Below are positions 60,391 through 64,000 of a stretch of 64,000 bases of DNA, piece by piece (within the stretch, counting starts at the first letter, position 1; each line of letters opens with the position of its first letter). A program made the position numbers and the translations under genes. Source of the stretch: a candidate division WOR-3 bacterium (GTDB taxonomy: Bacteria > Hydrothermota > Tepidihabitantia > Tepidihabitantales > DTDR01); NCBI GenBank assembly GCA_025060715.1, contig JANXBG010000004.1:4920-68919 (forward strand), written 5' to 3'. The notes under the pieces are model-generated. The model was not told the origin of the DNA. It saw nothing but the letters and a program-made list of their open reading frames with translations, and searched no databases.

Positions 60391-60743
60391 GGGGGCGAAG
60401 GGGTTTCGACGGAGTGGTTGAAGGGCTTAGGAGCATGGCGGTTTTCCTCTATTTTGCCGTAAAAAATAGAGGGAAAACAACTGCCAACACTGGTAGTTAC
60501 GCCCTTGCTGCTTAATTGAAAAGCAGCAGCCTCCTTAGGTCTGCATCCGACCTAAGCTGAGGTGAAAGAAAAGGATGCTTAAAGCCTTTCTTCTGTTGCC
60601 GAGGAAAGGCTGGATAAAAAAGGCAACTAGTAAGGTTCTGCCTGTCGGTTGGCGAAGAACCTTACGAAAAAGATAAACCGACTAACCATGTAGAGCCTAA
60701 GCCGGAAACACTCCGGACGTGGGTTCAATTCCCACCGCCTCCA
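60391..60743 (+). ncRNA. ssrA: Transfer-messenger RNA (tmRNA, ssrA).
   Basis: The 5' GGGGGCG pairs with the 3' CGCCTCC, including a G3:U70 wobble, followed by discriminator A. The T-arm GGGTTCAATTCCC is present. The internal reading frame GCC AAC ACT GGT AGT TAC GCC CTT GCT GCT TAA encodes the tag ANTGSYALAA. Confidence 0.85.
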
Positions 60744-60762
60744 TTAATTTTCCTTTTGAAAA

Positions 60763-61125
60763 ATGAAATTTTTAACTTTATGTAAGAATAAATTAAAAAA
60801 TGGAATTTTAATAACAATTGGTTATATTCTCTCTCCCTTTTCTTGGTGGAATGATATTTTTGTCAACATTCCTATAGCGTATATGTTTGGATTTTTATTT
60901 TCTTTAATTTCTTCTAAACTTTTCTTACCAATAACAATTCTCTTCTATTGGCTAACCAACTTTTTAGGAATTATTTTAATCCAAATTGGTGCGATAAATT
61001 TGTTATCCAAAGAAAAATATACTAAAAGAAAATTATTAATCGCTTTATTTTTCCCAACTTTTTATACTATTTTAATAATCTTTCTGTTTTCTTTTCTTAA
61101 ATCTCCTAACTTACACAATCACTAG
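60763..61125 (+). CDS. Hypothetical polytopic membrane protein (120 aa).
   Basis: It has hydrophobic helices. Its 3' end overlaps nrdJ convergently by 20 nt. Confidence 0.35.
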   Translation: MKFLTLCKNKLKNGILITIGYILSPFSWWNDIFVNIPIAYMFGFLFSLISSKLFLPITILFYWLTNFLGIILIQIGAINLLSKEKYTKRKLLIALFFPTFYTILIIFLFSFLKSPNLHNH

Positions 61126-63205
61126 TAGGACAAGGACCAGAATAATTCTCGGGTATCGTTAAAAATTCGCCTTTTTCAGGAGGAGCGATATATAACACCT
61201 GTTCCTTTTTACTTCCATATCTAAACACAGTAATTCCTTTACACTTTAATTGCCAAGCAGTCAAAAAGACTTCCCGAACATCTTCTAAACTGGCATAACT
61301 TGGCAAATTAACAGTTTTTGATACTGCATTATCAATATATTTCTGAAAAGCGGCTTGAATTTTAACTTGAAAAATTGGTGAAATATCCATTGCAGTAACG
61401 AAAATTTTTCTTATATCCTCAGGAATATTTTTAAAATCTTTTATAGAACCAACCTGTGCAATCTCTTTAATTAATTCATTAGAATAAAGATTCCTTTCTT
61501 TCAAAATCTTTTCAAAATCTTCTTGGATTTCAAAAAGTCTTAATCCACCCATAACCTGTCGGACATAAGATAAAGCAAATATTGGTTCAATACCACTAGA
61601 GCAACCAGCAATAATACTTAATGTGCCGGTCGGAGCAATAGTAGTTACGGTAGCATTTCTTAATGCTTTAAATTTATTATAATAAATACTCTTTTCAAAA
61701 TTGGGAAAGGACCCTCTTTTTTCCCCAAGTTCACAAGATTTTTTTCTTGCCTCTTCAGTTAAAAATTTGGCAACTCTTTCTGCCCAAATTAAACCCTCTT
61801 CACTATCATAAGGAATTCTTAGTTTTATTAACATATCCGCAAAACCCATTATTCCTAAACCAATCTTTCTATTTCCTTTAGTAATAGTTTCAATCTCTTT
61901 TATTGGATATTTATTTACGTCAATAACATTATCTAAAAAATGGACTGCTAAATGGATAATTCTTTTAAATTCTTCCCAATCAAAATAAACTTCACCATTT
62001 TTATATTTTACTAATTTTGCTAAATTTATTGAACCTAAATTACAAGATTCATAAGGTAAAAGGGGCTGCTCCCCACAAGGATTAGTCGCTTCAATTTTTC
62101 CTAATTGGGGTGTTGGATTATGACGGTTAATTTCATCGATAAAAATTAATCCTGGATCACCAGTCGCCCAAGCTTGGGTAACAATTAAATCAAAAACATT
62201 TTTTGCCTTTAAACAAGCTACAGGACGATTATTCCTTGGATTTATTAGTTCATATTCTTCATTTTTCAATACTTTTTCCATAAATTCATCACTTACCGCC
62301 ACGGAGATATTAAAATTGGTCAAAACCCCTTCTTTGCTTTTAGCGGTAATAAACTCTAATATATCGGGATGGTTATAATTCAATATCCCCATATTGGCAC
62401 CTCTTCTTTTACCACCTTGTTTAATTACCTCAGTCGCAGCATCATAAACTTTCATAAAAGATACTGGACCACTAGCTATTCCCTTAGTAGTTTTCACAAT
62501 ATCACCTTTTGGTCTAATTTTAGAAAAAGAAAAACCTGTACCACCACCGGATTGATGAATTAGAGCCATATTTTTTAAGGTCTCAAAAATGCTCACCATT
62601 GAATCCTCTATTGGTAAAACAAAACAGGCAGAAAGTTGACCCAATTCCGTACCAGCATTCATCAAAGTTGGTGAATTAGGCAAAAACTTTAATTCACACA
62701 TTATTTGAAAAAATTCATCAATCGTTTTCTTTTCATCCTCTTTATATAACTTGTCAACCTCACCAATCGTTTTTGCTACCCGATAAAACATCTCCTTAGG
62801 GGTTTCAATTATTTCTCCTTCCTCATTTCTCAAAAGGTAACGATTTCTTAAAACAGTTATCGCATTCAATTTTAATTTTAAATCATCTTTTACTCCTAAA
62901 ATTGTTTTTATTTCTCTCACCTTACTTCTTTCTTGGCGATAAAGAATATAAGCCTTAGCTGTTTCTGCATAACCCTCTTCAATTAAAACTTTTTCTACTC
63001 GGTCCTGAATATCTTCAACCCCGGGCAATCCTTTTTCAAAATCTCTTTCTAAAATATTTAAAACTTTTTCCGCTAATCTTTTTGCCAAATTTTCTTGATA
63101 CGCATTTGTTGCCCTTAATGCCTTTTCAATTGCCTTTTCAATCTTTTCCAATTCAAAAGGAACAATCCGACCATCTCTCTTAATTACCTCTTTAATTTTT
63201 CCCAT
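61106..63205 (-). CDS. nrdJ: Adenosylcobalamin-dependent (class II) ribonucleotide reductase.
   Basis: 699 aa, monomeric-type length. It has the active-site TNPCGEQPL loop and a C-terminal Cys pair (CPTSDC). Confidence 0.8.
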   Translation of the reverse strand: MGKIKEVIKRDGRIVPFELEKIEKAIEKALRATNAYQENLAKRLAEKVLNILERDFEKGLPGVEDIQDRVEKVLIEEGYAETAKAYILYRQERSKVREIKTILGVKDDLKLKLNAITVLRNRYLLRNEEGEIIETPKEMFYRVAKTIGEVDKLYKEDEKKTIDEFFQIMCELKFLPNSPTLMNAGTELGQLSACFVLPIEDSMVSIFETLKNMALIHQSGGGTGFSFSKIRPKGDIVKTTKGIASGPVSFMKVYDAATEVIKQGGKRRGANMGILNYNHPDILEFITAKSKEGVLTNFNISVAVSDEFMEKVLKNEEYELINPRNNRPVACLKAKNVFDLIVTQAWATGDPGLIFIDEINRHNPTPQLGKIEATNPCGEQPLLPYESCNLGSINLAKLVKYKNGEVYFDWEEFKRIIHLAVHFLDNVIDVNKYPIKEIETITKGNRKIGLGIMGFADMLIKLRIPYDSEEGLIWAERVAKFLTEEARKKSCELGEKRGSFPNFEKSIYYNKFKALRNATVTTIAPTGTLSIIAGCSSGIEPIFALSYVRQVMGGLRLFEIQEDFEKILKERNLYSNELIKEIAQVGSIKDFKNIPEDIRKIFVTAMDISPIFQVKIQAAFQKYIDNAVSKTVNLPSYASLEDVREVFLTAWQLKCKGITVFRYGSKKEQVLYIAPPEKGEFLTIPENYSGPCPTSDCVS

Positions 63206-63283
63206 TTTAATCTCCTTTTTATGCTCATATTATAAAAGAAGCCTTTTTAAATGTCAAAATGTAAGGTATAAAAATGTTTTATT

Positions 63284-64000
63284 TTAGATCCTATTTTTTA
63301 AGATTAAGTCAATGAATTTTTTAATAATTGTTTCGTTCGGTTCTCTTTTTATTATCTTACCCTCAGCAAAAATTACACCACCTTTTTTACCAAAAGCAAC
63401 TCCATAGTCAGCCTGACTGGCCTCTCCGGGACCATTAACCTCACAACCCATTATAGCAATTTTTATTCTTTTTTTAATATTTGCCTTAAAAATCTCTTTC
63501 TTTATTTCCTTAACAATTTTTTCTAAATTTACTTCACACCGACCACAAGTAGGACAAGAGATAATAATCGGTAAATCTTCTCGTAATCTTAAAGAACTTA
63601 AAATTTCAAAACCCGCAATAACTTCTAAGACACTATCACCTGTTAAAGATACCCTGATTGTATCACCGATGCCTTTATATAACAAAATTCCCATCGCTAC
63701 TCCGCTTCTTATTCCACCTTCAAAAGGAAGCCCTGTTTCTGTTAAACCTACATGAAGGGGATAATTATAATTTTTGTCAATCTCTTCATAAATACCTATT
63801 AAACTTAATGGCTCACTTATTTTTGCCGAAATTACTATATCATAAAACTCCTCATTTTCAAAGAAATTTACTGTCTCTCTTAATTTATTCAAAATAATCT
63901 TCTCAATATCTTTTTTTCTTTCTTTAATTCCACCAGCGTTCAAACCAATTCTTATTGGAATATTAAAATCTTTTGCTACTTTAATTATTTCTCTCCATTC
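63284..64000 (-). CDS. ispG: 4-hydroxy-3-methylbut-2-enyl diphosphate synthase (IspG/GcpE). The window edge removes the N-terminus.
   Basis: It has HVGLTETG, the SCPTCGRCE and AIMGCEVNGPGE [4Fe-4S] ligand motifs. The frame stays open upstream of the TTG 'start' at 63943 (..NIPIRIGLNAGGI.. matches IspG), so the real start lies beyond 64000. Confidence 0.85.
   Translation of the reverse strand, partial: EWREIIKVAKDFNIPIRIGLNAGGIKERKKDIEKIILNKLRETVNFFENEEFYDIVISAKISEPLSLIGIYEEIDKNYNYPLHVGLTETGLPFEGGIRSGVAMGILLYKGIGDTIRVSLTGDSVLEVIAGFEILSSLRLREDLPIIISCPTCGRCEVNLEKIVKEIKKEIFKANIKKRIKIAIMGCEVNGPGEASQADYGVAFGKKGGVIFAEGKIIKREPNETIIKKFIDLILKNRI

Noticed and set aside
60744-61125. Looked for a genomic-island signature (a direct repeat of the tmRNA 3' end, an integrase) downstream of ssrA.
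   Set aside because: No copy of the ..CCCACCGCCTCC.. 3' segment and no integrase or recombinase ORF occurs in the following 3 kb. Only a small membrane ORF and convergent nrdJ lie there.

Overview
The window is AT-rich (roughly 30% GC) chromosomal DNA from a diderm, probably anaerobic bacterium. Evidence for a diderm: BamA, Tol/Exb-TonB, a DegP-type protease and OM beta-barrel proteins. Evidence for anaerobiosis: rubrerythrin, peroxiredoxin, a Pyrococcus-type protein disulfide oxidoreductase, ferredoxin, B12-dependent class II RNR and formate-THF ligase. Two secreted proteins end in T9SS-type C-terminal sorting domains, which points to the FCB superphylum. The standard genetic code is in use, with TGA as stop. 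Most of the window is housekeeping: a gcvT-gcvH-gcvPA-(small Cys ORF)-gcvPB operon, glmM-glmS, rnhB, bamA, clpC, the Tol/Exb genes, bioY, purB, dnaE, valS, fhs, trxB, sod, bacterioferritin, nrdJ, ispG and a clean tmRNA (ssrA). Accessory-looking pockets are: (1) a Type II R-M pair (beta-class SPPY DNA methyltransferase plus HNH endonuclease) lying between unusually long AT-rich non-coding flanks, followed by a small ORF apparently frameshifted at an A7 run; (2) a nucleotidyltransferase pseudogene with in-frame stops and frameshifts; (3) an AAA+ ATPase pseudogene with several frameshifts; (4) a tightly overlapping four-gene module of membrane proteins, one carrying an FN3 domain, with no family I can recognise, immediately upstream of ssrA. 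Item 4 is the best candidate for an undescribed system. Several promoters read as TTGACT-16-TATAAT placed so that transcripts would be leaderless or nearly so. No CRISPR array, rRNA or tRNA gene was seen. All calls rest on motif recognition in the supplied translations, not on database searches.
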